From a virus, in IMG/VR virus record IMGVR_UViG_3300048854_000126, positions 1-64,000 of that record: a stretch of DNA of 64,000 nt, one strand, 5' to 3'. The position numbers and the translations under genes were made by a program. Below, piece after piece: positions 46,351-56,068 of the stretch. The stretch's first letter is position 1. Every line of letters starts with the position of its first letter. The notes below the pieces were generated by a model. It did not search any database. It was given only the letters and a program-made list of their open reading frames with translations, and was not told where the DNA came from.

Positions 46351-46971
46351 ATGACGACAAACGTAAAGCTGAGCAATCATGCCCGCGACCGTATCATCGA
46401 AAACGCCTTGCGTGGCGCATTCGATAAGGAAACGCAGGCGCACAAGAAGCGCATGGTCAAACTCGCCGACCAGTGCTACCGCTTCGTCGTAACCGCGGCA
46501 CAGGAAAAGCAAGCGCGCTTGGCGCCGGACGATTTCCTGAACCTGTCCAACGTAACGAAGATTTACTTTAAAGACCCCGTGACCGGTTATAACCGCGACA
46601 CCGTATATGAGACGGACCTTTCACGCGCGGTGCCTTTTCCAGGGCGCGGCAACTATCTGAACGTCAATGACGATGCATTGCACGCGGAATACCGGGCAAT
46701 CATGGAAGCGAAATCCAACCTGGACAACAAACTCGGCGAGCTGAAGACGAGCCTCAAGCGCACGGTCTATTCGACGACATCGCTCAAGAAGCTGATCGAG
46801 ATGTGGCCCGAGGTCGAAGCGTTCCTGCCGGCTGACCTTACCGCGCCGAAGGCAATGCTGCCCGCTCTGCCAGTCGGTGACCTGAACGCAGCACTTCGTA
46901 ACGCCGGCATCAAGGTCGGCGTTATAAAGCCCGCGAAAGCAACGGGCGGCTTAGTTCTCGTCGCAGCATGA
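46351..46971 (+). CDS. Nmad5-like (nucleotide-modification-associated) protein
   Basis: LSNHARDRIIENAL...SLKKLIEMWPE pattern; operator 46261-46278 upstream. Confidence 0.6.
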   Translation: MTTNVKLSNHARDRIIENALRGAFDKETQAHKKRMVKLADQCYRFVVTAAQEKQARLAPDDFLNLSNVTKIYFKDPVTGYNRDTVYETDLSRAVPFPGRGNYLNVNDDALHAEYRAIMEAKSNLDNKLGELKTSLKRTVYSTTSLKKLIEMWPEVEAFLPADLTAPKAMLPALPVGDLNAALRNAGIKVGVIKPAKATGGLVLVAA

Positions 46972-47432
46972 CACCCGAACAACTCGACGCGCTTCAGGCG
47001 CTGGAAAGCGAACCCCCGAGCATGCGTGAGGAGCTCGAGCGCAAGGTCGCCGAAGAGATCGAGCGTGTCTATCTGGCCGCACGCGCCGGGAAGATCACCT
47101 CGTATGGCTACCACCAGGCTTTGCAAGGGCTCTGGGGCGGCGTAGCGGGGCTCGTGAGCCGGGAGTCGATGGAGATCATCACCGCGTCCCAGAAAGAGTT
47201 TCCGGGTGGCCTCACGGAGAAACGACGCGCCGCGTTCATTCTCGGCGAAGTCACCGCTGTGGTGTCGTGGGAAGTGGGCACCACCACGATCGAGACGGCA
47301 CTCAAAAAGCCGGGTTCGCCCGCAGTTGTCCAGAAGACAAAGATGGAAGACGACTCGGCCGCGTCCGCGCTCGTTCACTTCCTCAAAACCACGAAACGTT
47401 TCCGCGACATGCCGGGTGCGCAAGAAGTGTGA
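46968..47432 (+). CDS. Hypothetical protein
   Basis: ATGA coupling. Confidence 0.55.
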   Translation: MTPEQLDALQALESEPPSMREELERKVAEEIERVYLAARAGKITSYGYHQALQGLWGGVAGLVSRESMEIITASQKEFPGGLTEKRRAAFILGEVTAVVSWEVGTTTIETALKKPGSPAVVQKTKMEDDSAASALVHFLKTTKRFRDMPGAQEV

Positions 47433-47498
47433 TTCCGAGCTTTTTGCGTGACTATACTAAATAGTAACCCGTGACTTATTAACAACATTTGAGGGACC

Positions 47499-47963
47499 AT
47501 GAGCACCATTTCAGCCATTCGACTCGACGTCGCCAATCTCGTGAAACGCGCAAACGAAATCCAGATCGTGCGCGATGAAGACTTGCTCTACACGATCCTG
47601 GGCGAGTTGCAGAACAAGAGCGACGACCAGAAACAGGCGATCTTCGCGCAGTCCCGCAAGGGCGGTGGGGTAGTCCTCTTCGAGAGCGCGAACTTCCCCG
47701 GCAACATCGTTGAATACATTCCCGGCGTGCTGGAAACGGACAGCATCTCGTGTCTGTTCAAGCCGCACGCGGCGCTGGCGAGCGCCGGCACGCTGCTGAA
47801 GCTGCGCGAAGAGCTCGTTTCCGAGATTGAGCGTGTGAACGACGCTGCACCCGGCAACCTGCGCAAGCAAGACCCGGCCCGCAACCGCGCCGTGCTGCTC
47901 ATCGAGATGTCCACGCTGCAGCTGGCTGACACGCTCGCCGAAACCGGCCGCGTGAAGCTGTAA
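47499..47963 (+). CDS. Hypothetical protein
   Basis: GAGGGA RBS; operator 47461-47478 upstream. Confidence 0.6.
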   Translation: MSTISAIRLDVANLVKRANEIQIVRDEDLLYTILGELQNKSDDQKQAIFAQSRKGGGVVLFESANFPGNIVEYIPGVLETDSISCLFKPHAALASAGTLLKLREELVSEIERVNDAAPGNLRKQDPARNRAVLLIEMSTLQLADTLAETGRVKL

Positions 47964-48032
47964 AGCCTCAAAACCTAAAGATCCCCGCCAGCGGGGAACC
48001 CCTTTTTCGTTACCTATAAGGATCTACCACTC

Positions 48033-48335
48033 ATGACCGCCGCACTGAAGCGCATCGTTGTCGCCTCCTACCAGACCACCGATGGCAAAACCTTCGACAA
48101 GAAGGAAGACGCCACCAAGCACCAGGCGGCGCTGGCCCGTCAAGCCAAGATCGAAGAGCTCGTTGCTGGTCAGTTCCAGCACAGCCCGGACTCGCAGCGC
48201 TATCTCGACGCGGCCACGGTCGGCGACGTCGCGCTCTTCATCATCGAAAACGCGGACGCACTGCGCGAGATCCTCCCGAAGCGCGCGAAGTCGGCCGAGC
48301 CGGCGGAGGCAGTCGCATCGCTCGCTGCCGCGTAA
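48033..48335 (+). CDS. Hypothetical phage protein (YQTTDGKTF motif)
   Basis: AAGGA RBS; motif common in small phage proteins. Confidence 0.6.
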   Translation: MTAALKRIVVASYQTTDGKTFDKKEDATKHQAALARQAKIEELVAGQFQHSPDSQRYLDAATVGDVALFIIENADALREILPKRAKSAEPAEAVASLAAA

Positions 48336-48420
48336 CACCCGATGTATCCACCCGACCGCCGATGCGCGGTCGGGAGAATGACTCAATCGGTTGCACGACA
48401 ACCATCATCGCGAGCACATC

Positions 48421-48831
48421 ATGCCGACACCAAATTTTGAATTGCTTAAAGACGCCTACGCGATCATCGACGGCATCCCGGACGAGAACGTCAACCTTAA
48501 TAGCTGGCGCAGAACCGATCGCGGTGCCACATGCGGGACGATTGCCTGCGCCGCCGGTTGGCTCTCGCTGCACCCGCAGTTCAAGGCGCTCGGCCTGAGA
48601 TACGACAAGGGTGGGGAAAACATCGTTTTGGACCAAAGTGTTCACTCCGGCTGGGACGCACTCGCACAAGTGTTTTCGCTAACAAATAGCGATGCGCAAC
48701 ACCTCTTCAAAGGTGCTTACCTTGAACCTGTCCACACACATCGTGAGATATTCCTCGAGCGCGTGCGGACCTTTCTGTCCGATCATGGTCAGTTGAAAGA
48801 GCAACTCGCCGAGGTGCAGCATGCGTCCTAA
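48421..48831 (+). CDS. Hypothetical protein, paralog of 48821..49267
   Basis: PNFELLKDAYAIIDGIP...CGTIACAAGWL. Confidence 0.65.
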   Translation: MPTPNFELLKDAYAIIDGIPDENVNLNSWRRTDRGATCGTIACAAGWLSLHPQFKALGLRYDKGGENIVLDQSVHSGWDALAQVFSLTNSDAQHLFKGAYLEPVHTHREIFLERVRTFLSDHGQLKEQLAEVQHAS

Positions 48832-49267
48832 TTTCGAGCGTCTGCGCGACGCGTTCGCCATCATCGACGGGATTCCGAAGAAGGCATTCGATCTCGATAT
48901 GTGGGTGTCACAACGCGGCAAAAACAAATCGTGCGGCACGATTGCATGTGCTGCGGGTTGGCTCGCAATGCACCCAAAGATGAATGGATTCGGGCTGACG
49001 AACAGCATGGGTGGCGCACCAGAATTCAAGGGATTAACCAGCTTCGCCGCACTGCGAGAGTTTTTCCACCTCAATTACCGTGAGGGTGATTTGTTCGAGG
49101 CGGCCGGGTCCGGCTATGCGGACAACGAGCTCCCGAAACACGTCCGTGTTGCGCTGTCTGACAAACAGTTGTGGAAGCGCCGCGTGCTACGTTTGTTCCA
49201 GGCATACAACGAGCCGTTCGACCCAAAGGTTGGCGAGGGCCTGCTGCTGGACGTCAGGGGCGCCTGA
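48821..49267 (+). CDS. Hypothetical protein, paralog of 48421..48831
   Basis: PNFERLRDAFAIIDGIP...CGTIACAAGWL. Confidence 0.65.
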   Translation: MRPNFERLRDAFAIIDGIPKKAFDLDMWVSQRGKNKSCGTIACAAGWLAMHPKMNGFGLTNSMGGAPEFKGLTSFAALREFFHLNYREGDLFEAAGSGYADNELPKHVRVALSDKQLWKRRVLRLFQAYNEPFDPKVGEGLLLDVRGA

Positions 49268-49268
49268 T

Positions 49269-49730
49269 ATGACAGCGCTCCACATTCCCCACCTTGGCGC
49301 CGCGCTGACTCTTGCGGAGGATTGGACGTTCCGGCTGTTCGAAGAGCACCGGAATTCCCCGCTGATCGAGGCGGTCGGCATTACGCACGCATACCGGCTG
49401 CTGCCGGACTTCTGGAGCGGGCCGAGCGCCACGCGTCAAGAGGCAATAGCAAAGTCAAAGTGGCGCCTGGCTGATGGCTCGATACCGACATTTGCTGATC
49501 GGTATCTGAGCGGCGACCTTCAGCATCCTTTGACGCTGCCCGCCGGCGCGCTCCTCACAATCGATCGCATCTTCATTCGCAAGGGCGCCGCCCACTTCGA
49601 TAGCGTGACGTTCTGGCTGAAAGCGAAGCAGGTGCCCATCACGATCAACGGCCGGCTGGTGAAGAAGAGCGCGCGCTTCTGGGCGAAGCTGGATGACGTG
49701 AACACGATCCAGTTCGTGGAGGGCGAATGA
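49269..49730 (+). CDS. Hypothetical phage protein
   Basis: LTLAEDWTF...IDRIFIRKG...RFWAKL. Confidence 0.6.
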   Translation: MTALHIPHLGAALTLAEDWTFRLFEEHRNSPLIEAVGITHAYRLLPDFWSGPSATRQEAIAKSKWRLADGSIPTFADRYLSGDLQHPLTLPAGALLTIDRIFIRKGAAHFDSVTFWLKAKQVPITINGRLVKKSARFWAKLDDVNTIQFVEGE

Positions 49731-49954
49731 ACACCAAGCCCACAATAGGGCAGCGCGTCTGCCTGAACAACACAGGATACGACCGCTTGTGGCTACGCTC
49801 TAGGGAAGCCATCAAGCAATCACAAAACATGAGGATCACGGACGTCGAGAACATCAACGCCGGAACGGGTTCCGAGCCGATCTGGATGATCGAGGTCGAT
49901 CAGCCGCTGATCGACTTCTTCCTGCTCGATTCCTCAATGGTCGATCCGATTTAG
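49727..49954 (+). CDS. Small hypothetical protein
   Basis: ATGA coupling. Confidence 0.5.
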   Translation: MNTKPTIGQRVCLNNTGYDRLWLRSREAIKQSQNMRITDVENINAGTGSEPIWMIEVDQPLIDFFLLDSSMVDPI

Positions 49955-50445
49955 CGCAGTTTGTCGAGCACGTCACCCGCTTCACACGCGGCCTCGTCCA
50001 CGTCAACGGTGAAGCGCGTGATCTCGTCGACGGGCCACTTCATATCGCTGATGGGTTTTGGTTTGTCTTCGACAACGGGTCTTGTTGTGCGCCCTTGATA
50101 GTTCAGGATCTGATCGCCGTTTGTGTCAGTAGAGGGGTGAGCGTGGATCAGGGCGTTTCGCTGCTCGACGAGAGCCGTGAAGGACGCGTGGACCGCAGTC
50201 AGTTCGTCTTTCGAGACAAATTGGAAACTCGTCTGCTGGTCGTTAATAACGCTCTCCAGACGCTCGGCAACTTTGCCCGACGTGATCGGCTTGCCCCGCG
50301 AATAGGTCGATACAAAACCGGGCTGCAGGTAGTCGATGATGTAGATGATGGTCCACTCGTAATAGGCGAATAGATAGATAGCTGTCCCGAGACGGGCTGT
50401 GTAGCCCGGATCGAAGGGCACGCGGAGTTGTAGGTCTTGTGCCAT
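49951..50445 (-). CDS. HEPN-like protein (moron)
   Basis: Opposite strand; helical; RNALIH fits the R-x4-H motif. Confidence 0.5.
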   Translation of the reverse strand: MAQDLQLRVPFDPGYTARLGTAIYLFAYYEWTIIYIIDYLQPGFVSTYSRGKPITSGKVAERLESVINDQQTSFQFVSKDELTAVHASFTALVEQRNALIHAHPSTDTNGDQILNYQGRTTRPVVEDKPKPISDMKWPVDEITRFTVDVDEAACEAGDVLDKLR

Positions 50446-50578
50446 GTGGCACCTCATTGCAGTTAAAGAGCGGCAATCCTAGCTGGTTGCTTCGCGAGAC
50501 ACAAACAACAGTATGTAAACCCGGTCCATGTTGCGGTGACTATAATTAGTAACAGATTAGTAATCATTCGAGGGAAGC

Positions 50579-51154
50579 ATGACCATTATCAGCGGCGTGG
50601 ACATAGAGACGACCGGGCTCGACCAGACGGCAGGGCATCGCATCATCGAAGTCGGTGCGCTCCTGTTCGAGCTCGAGTCCGCAAAGTTCCTGGGCAAATA
50701 CGTCCAGCGCATCAATCCCCAGCGTCCGATCGACCCGGCGGCGCAAGCGGTGCACGGGATCACGTTCGACATGCTCGCGCACGAGCCGACGTGGGAACAG
50801 GTCGCGCCGAACGTTCACCGTGTGCTGACCGCTGCCCGGTTCATGGCGGGGCACAACGTGCGCGGCTTCGACTGGCCATTCCTCGCGGGCGAGTTCCAGC
50901 GCATTGGTATGTCGGTGCCGGAGATCGAGCTCATCGACACGATGGAGGAGGGCCGCTGGGCCACGCCGCTGGGCAAGCTGCCCAATCTTGGCGAGTTGTG
51001 TTTTGCGTGCGGAATCGACTACGACCCATCCAAAGCGCACGGCGCCGAATACGACATTGACGTGAACATGAAAGCCTACTTCGCTGCCCGCGCGCAAGGG
51101 TTCTTCGGACCCGCGATCGTGCAGCCTGTTCCCCTCATTCTGGAGGCAGCATGA
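50579..51154 (+). CDS. dnaQ: DEDDh 3'-5' exonuclease (Pol III epsilon-like)
   Basis: DIETTG, GHNVRGFD, HGAEYD; TGACTATAAT at 50537. Confidence 0.85.
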   Translation: MTIISGVDIETTGLDQTAGHRIIEVGALLFELESAKFLGKYVQRINPQRPIDPAAQAVHGITFDMLAHEPTWEQVAPNVHRVLTAARFMAGHNVRGFDWPFLAGEFQRIGMSVPEIELIDTMEEGRWATPLGKLPNLGELCFACGIDYDPSKAHGAEYDIDVNMKAYFAARAQGFFGPAIVQPVPLILEAA

Positions 51155-51522
51155 GCGACTTCAACTTCGATCTGGAATTCGCGCGCTCCGGCGCACCTGA
51201 TGCCTGCCGACCGTGGCCGCACAGCGGTAAGGAGTTCATCGCGTTCTTCGCGGTGCTGCCCGAGGACGCGGGCGACGACGGCCAACGCGTGTGGTGGCTC
51301 AACCCGCCCGACTGCGTTCAGGAGGTCATGTCTGACTACGGGACGATTGGCGTTGTGTCTGATGAGCTTTTTCGCGTCTCCGAGTGCATTGAGCTCCAGA
51401 CCGCCGGGCTCTACCGCGCAAAGCTCGCCTTCTTCACCGAGTGCAGCACCGATTACGAAAGCGGCCACGAAGAGTGCGATTACGGCTTCTCCATCATCAC
51501 CACTGAAAAGGTGCCGACATGA
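51151..51522 (+). CDS. Hypothetical protein
   Basis: ATGA-coupled chain. Confidence 0.5.
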   Translation: MSDFNFDLEFARSGAPDACRPWPHSGKEFIAFFAVLPEDAGDDGQRVWWLNPPDCVQEVMSDYGTIGVVSDELFRVSECIELQTAGLYRAKLAFFTECSTDYESGHEECDYGFSIITTEKVPT

Positions 51523-51923
51523 GCGCGATCAAGGTGGACCACCCGGCGTTCGATCGAACGATAGACATTCTCGTGCCGGGCAAACACATCGTTTGCTTCA
51601 AAGTGCCGAAGGTAGTCCCTACCGACGCCGCGAAAGCGTTCGTCGAAGCCTATTCCGCGCTTGTCGACAAGTTCGCAGCGGACCTCGCAGCAATTCCCGG
51701 CGCGTCAGCCGCGCGGGAGTTTGGCGGGCATGTTACTCGGCCAAGCAAGACGTGGCTCTATGCGAAGCCGGCTGCGGAGCAATTCAACGATGACGAAATC
51801 GCTGAGATGAAGGCAGCAACGCTCGCGGCTTTCCCTGATGGTCGGATTGCCGGCGAATGGCACAACCAATCGAGCGGGTGGCCGGGCTACTCGATTCAAA
51901 TCGCTCACGGAGATACGGCATGA
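51519..51923 (+). CDS. Hypothetical protein
   Basis: ATGA-coupled chain. Confidence 0.5.
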   Translation: MSAIKVDHPAFDRTIDILVPGKHIVCFKVPKVVPTDAAKAFVEAYSALVDKFAADLAAIPGASAAREFGGHVTRPSKTWLYAKPAAEQFNDDEIAEMKAATLAAFPDGRIAGEWHNQSSGWPGYSIQIAHGDTA

Positions 51924-52531
51924 AGCGCCACGAAATCAAGCAACTCCTACTCGACCTGAACCCGCAGACAGTCGCCGAGCATTCGTGCTTCGACCACCAC
52001 GTTGTCGGCATGGACTACTTGTGCCTGCACCGCTCGGACAAGCTCACGGTCAAGCTGTATTTCATCGACCCGAAGCACATCAACGCGCCCGCTGGCGACG
52101 ATCTCGTCATCCCGCATACGCACCGCTATGCATTCGAGAGCACGGTCCTCGCTGGCAAGCTCGGGCACATGCAGTTCGAAGAGTGCGGCGCGACTGACCA
52201 CAACGCCGAAGAGGTCGAGCGCTTCACCTATGTGCCGGAGGCGAAGACGCGCATTGGCGGGCTGCAGGCGCACATTCGTTTGATCCAGTCGGTCGATCAC
52301 CGTAGCCACCTCAACCCGTCCTACTGGTGCGACACAAAGACGATCCACACCCTGGCCGTGCCGCGCGAGCAAGTGCTGCTTGGACTCGTGCAGTTCGCCG
52401 ATACCGTGCCGACGTCCCATGTTTATCTTGAGAAGGGCGGGGAGATGCGTTTTACCGAGCCCCGAACCATGAAGCCAATCGACGCATGGAACATGCGCAA
52501 CAAGGCGCTCGAAATGATGGAGCAAGGATGA
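51920..52531 (+). CDS. Cupin-like His-rich protein
   Basis: PHTHRYAFES...LAG...IHTL cupin-like pattern. Confidence 0.5.
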   Translation: MKRHEIKQLLLDLNPQTVAEHSCFDHHVVGMDYLCLHRSDKLTVKLYFIDPKHINAPAGDDLVIPHTHRYAFESTVLAGKLGHMQFEECGATDHNAEEVERFTYVPEAKTRIGGLQAHIRLIQSVDHRSHLNPSYWCDTKTIHTLAVPREQVLLGLVQFADTVPTSHVYLEKGGEMRFTEPRTMKPIDAWNMRNKALEMMEQG

Positions 52532-53007
52532 GCAAAGCAAAAGTGAAGGTGATCGTGGAGGGTAAGGCGGGGTCGGGCGCACACAGCGTCGCGCGCCTCA
52601 TTGCAAATGCTTTGATCGCTCAAAACGCCGAAGTCCAGGTCAATGAGGATGAGGCCGATCTGTTCTCGAAGGCGCCGATCCGGACGATGGAAGGGCTTAC
52701 GGTTGACCTGAAGCACAAGCAACTGCCGCGTGTGAAATCCGACTTGCTGAAGGTCAAGTTATCTCAGGAGGAATGGACTGCGGTGCAGATCATCCGTGGT
52801 CGCCGGATGACGGGCCTCGTCGATCACAAGACTCAGGACGGGCTCTATTACTTCTGGTGCTGGGGCAGTCAACCCACGGGTGCCGACCGCGTGACGGGCA
52901 AGACGCCGCTCGAGGCTGCTGAAGCGCACATGAAGGTCTACGAGCGGTGGGAAGGTGGCACACAGCAAATGTCGATCACCCCAATACGAAAAGCGAGGGC
53001 AGCATGA
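52528..53007 (+). CDS. Hypothetical protein
   Basis: ATGA-coupled chain. Confidence 0.5.
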   Translation: MSKAKVKVIVEGKAGSGAHSVARLIANALIAQNAEVQVNEDEADLFSKAPIRTMEGLTVDLKHKQLPRVKSDLLKVKLSQEEWTAVQIIRGRRMTGLVDHKTQDGLYYFWCWGSQPTGADRVTGKTPLEAAEAHMKVYERWEGGTQQMSITPIRKARAA

Positions 53008-53177
53008 CTCAGGACGAAATCGTTGTAACGATGCTTCACGGTGTAATCGCCCAGATGGAACCCGAACAGCAAAAGCAGATCCGTGACTACGCCGCCGAGC
53101 TGCGCGCGAAGGTTGCCGACAATCCGACCCTGGCAGTCGCCATCGGTCTGGTCTGCGCAGAGATAGCTGCGCAATAG
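53004..53177 (+). CDS. Small hypothetical protein
   Basis: ATGA coupling. Confidence 0.45.
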   Translation: MTQDEIVVTMLHGVIAQMEPEQQKQIRDYAAELRAKVADNPTLAVAIGLVCAEIAAQ

Positions 53178-53185
53178 GAGGACCG

Positions 53186-53392
53186 ATGCGCCGTTACTTC
53201 CTCTGTTACACCTACTGGCGTGCGGACGGGCAGAGCACGCAGGGCGTCGCCTGCACCGAGATCGAGCGGGAGAAGCCGATTTACGGCTTCGAGGACGTCC
53301 GGGAGATCATCGCGCTGCTCAAAGAGCGCGGGAACTTCGAAAACGTGGTGGTCCACAGCTGGCAGCTTTTCGAGGGTCAGCCATGCTCGTGA
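53186..53392 (+). CDS. Small hypothetical protein
   Basis: AGGAGG RBS. Confidence 0.5.
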   Translation: MRRYFLCYTYWRADGQSTQGVACTEIEREKPIYGFEDVREIIALLKERGNFENVVVHSWQLFEGQPCS

Positions 53393-54096
53393 CCGTGATC
53401 GCTGACGCATCGTATGACCACGGCACGCGCGCCGGCGGGTTCGGTTACTGGGCAGTGTCACAACGCAAGCGCCAGAGCGGTGGTGGCCCGTTTAAATCGC
53501 TCTCGCGCAACAACAACGTCGCCGAGATGATGGCGCTGATGAACGGCGTGCACATGGCGTTCGTTCACGGTGTCGCTTTCCCGGGCGACGCAATCCTCGC
53601 GCAAACCGACTGCACCGCGGCGATCCTGGCATTCGAGGGTAAGCGTGTCCTGATGAACGACGAGAAAATTCTGGTCGAAGGGCTGCAAACGCTTTTAAAG
53701 CTTAAGGGCGCGACGATCCGGTTCAAGCACGTCAAGGGCCATACGAACGGGGCCGAGCCCCGCCTATGGGTCAATAACGCGTGTGATGCGGTCGCAAAAC
53801 GGGGAATGCACGCCGCGCGGGACCGGGCGCGCACTGAGCGCATGCCTTTGCTTAGTGAGGTGCCAACGCCGCCGAAGCCAGTCAAGTCGCCCGAGCAGCG
53901 CGCCGAAAAGCGTGCGCAGAAGCAGGTGATCCGCAAGCAGGATCAACAAAACCGGCGCACTTTCGCCTTCAATCAAAAGGAGTGGGAATCGTATGTCCTG
54001 GACCCCGAGCTTTCATCAATTCCGCCTTGGGCGGAACAAGAGCTACCTGAACAGCGTGTGGCTGGGAACGATCTGGTCGGCGCTCACGCTGCCTGA
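53383..54096 (+). CDS. RNase HI-like protein
   Basis: ADASY, AEMMA, TDC, HVKGH and NNACD catalytic pattern. Confidence 0.8.
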   Translation: MLVTVIADASYDHGTRAGGFGYWAVSQRKRQSGGGPFKSLSRNNNVAEMMALMNGVHMAFVHGVAFPGDAILAQTDCTAAILAFEGKRVLMNDEKILVEGLQTLLKLKGATIRFKHVKGHTNGAEPRLWVNNACDAVAKRGMHAARDRARTERMPLLSEVPTPPKPVKSPEQRAEKRAQKQVIRKQDQQNRRTFAFNQKEWESYVLDPELSSIPPWAEQELPEQRVAGNDLVGAHAA

Positions 54097-54262
54097 GATC
54101 CTGCTGTTCAGCTTCATCGTGCCCAGTTGCTACCGCCCGCGCACGGCCCTCGTGCGTGTGTGGGCAACGCTCGTGCTCGTCGTGAAGTTGCCCGTCTTCG
54201 GGTTGCTCGGTGGTGTGAAGAGCGAGGACGTGTCGGTCGACGAAATGATGTCGCAGACTGGT

Positions 54263-54595
54263 CTAGGTCGGGCTGCGGAAGGAGGGACGTGCGAGTAAAG
54301 ACTTCGAGGCAATGATGGAGCTTGCCTCCATCTCAGGCCTTTCCCCATCAATCCTTCTATTGGCGTCAAGCAATCGGTCAATCGTGCGGCGAGCCTGCTT
54401 AAGTGCTTGCTCGATCACTCGCTCCGCGGTTGCGCAGTCGACAGATCTCAAGGCATCGGGCGGGATCGGTGTCTGTCTGTTTTGCCCTTTTATACCGATC
54501 GTCAATCGCATGACCATCGGGGGTTCACCGTCCGTATCTGCGACATCGACGTTAATATCGAATGCTCGATAAGTCTCACTATGCGTTTGCGCCAT
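54263..54595 (-). CDS. Small host-type hypothetical protein
   Basis: SETYRAFDI...QARRTIDRL pattern of Burkholderiales small proteins. Confidence 0.5.
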   Translation of the reverse strand: MAQTHSETYRAFDINVDVADTDGEPPMVMRLTIGIKGQNRQTPIPPDALRSVDCATAERVIEQALKQARRTIDRLLDANRRIDGERPEMEASSIIASKSLLARPSFRSPT

Positions 54596-54681
54596 CGATG
54601 TCGTCTCGGTTATTGCAATAATCCTACCATGGCGCAGCGCGTAAATGTGTTGTAAACGCAGACATTAGGGTTCCTCTTAGT

Positions 54682-54891
54682 TTAATGACTATCGCACCAT
54701 TTCTCGGCCCAAAAGCGCGCGAATCCGAGAGCAAGCGCTTCTGTATCAAAAGAACGAAGGTAGCCCGACTTGGTTCCGCTCGCTTCCAGGCCAACAGATG
54801 CGGGCCGCGAGATTGTCGCTTGTCCTAAAAAGCCACCGGCAGTTTGGGATACGCAGCACTCGACGTTGAACGAGTCGTATTTAAAATGCAT
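54682..54891 (-). CDS. Small host-type hypothetical protein
   Basis: GGAGG RBS; ends ARFWAEKWCD. Confidence 0.5.
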   Translation of the reverse strand: MHFKYDSFNVECCVSQTAGGFLGQATISRPASVGLEASGTKSGYLRSFDTEALALGFARFWAEKWCDSH

Positions 54892-55347
54892 GAATCCTCC
54901 TATTTAAGGAAATTTCAGTATGCGCCTATTAAATTGCGGCGGCAGAGCCTTTGAGAGAATCGCGTCAAGGCGTTCGAATCTTGAGGGGTTCATCGCTGTT
55001 AGTCGCGAGACGCATGTCATCCACGGTGCGGAAATCGTTGAACAGGCAAATGAGACAGGAGTGGCATTAACATTCGCCACCAGACTCTAAAGGCTGTGAC
55101 ATGAACAAGGCTTACGCGTCGGTGGTAGTTCTCGTCTGGTTCGGAGCATCCGCCGTTATCTACGATTTTTTGGATGGGGCCGGCGACTACGATGTCGTGA
55201 TGTCGCTCCTATTAGGAGCGGGGGCGACTTGGCTTCCCATCACTGTCTATGAAATTTGCTCCAACCGGGACGGTCCTGGTAAATGACAACCGGGAAGATC
55301 CCGGACACTGCGGGAAGTTTGCCGCGCCTCGAAAAAAGGAGTTGAAC

Positions 55348-55821
55348 ATGCAATTCGTCAACCGCAATGGCGTGACCATTCCGGGCCCCACTTGGGAAGA
55401 GCTCCAGGCAAATCACGAATATCGATATTTCCGGCAGTTCGAGAACGAGAAGATCCACGCGTCGTGTGAGTGGCTGGGCCTCGCCAAGAACGTTAAGACC
55501 ATTCCCCGCAAGCACTGGAAGCTCTACCGGTTGAACGTGGAGAACATCGTCACCACTGACGGCGAGGGGCGGCCGCTTGGTGCATCGCGCCGCTCGATTG
55601 ATCCGCAAGTCACGCGTGAGTTTCGCACCGAGCAGGAGTGCATCGACGCCTACGAGGACTTGCTCGTGCGTTACGCCGGCTGCGAATGGCTGCCGTCCAG
55701 CACGGGCGAGACCGGTCGCCAGTTTGTCGAGAAGGGCAACGTGCTCGTTCCTCCGTCGCCCGATGTGCCCGACACGCGCGGTATGGATAAGGACATCGCG
55801 GACCTGGCAGGGAGTTGGTGA
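55348..55821 (+). CDS. Hypothetical protein, ends DLAGSW
   Basis: AGGAG RBS before ATG 55348. Confidence 0.6.
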   Translation: MQFVNRNGVTIPGPTWEELQANHEYRYFRQFENEKIHASCEWLGLAKNVKTIPRKHWKLYRLNVENIVTTDGEGRPLGASRRSIDPQVTREFRTEQECIDAYEDLLVRYAGCEWLPSSTGETGRQFVEKGNVLVPPSPDVPDTRGMDKDIADLAGSW

Positions 55822-56051
55822 TGAAGAAGTTCCTGCTATTTGTTGGTATGGACGTCACCGCGTTAGGCGGGTGGCACGACCTGTCGGACTCGTTCGATCA
55901 GTGTGATGATGCGGTCCGGCGGGGCGTAATGCTTTGCGATGGCACGAACCACAGCGACGATCCGCTATCTGACTTCTTCCACGTCTATGACTGGTGGCAT
56001 GTTGTCGACGTAAGCAGAGGGGAAATTGTCAAACAGGGCAGTGCCAACTGA
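55821..56051 (+). CDS. Small hypothetical phage protein
   Basis: TGATG coupling; FLLF...GGWHD...DWWHVVD. Confidence 0.5.
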   Translation: MKKFLLFVGMDVTALGGWHDLSDSFDQCDDAVRRGVMLCDGTNHSDDPLSDFFHVYDWWHVVDVSRGEIVKQGSAN

Positions 56052-56068
56052 TGACCTAATGCGACGAA

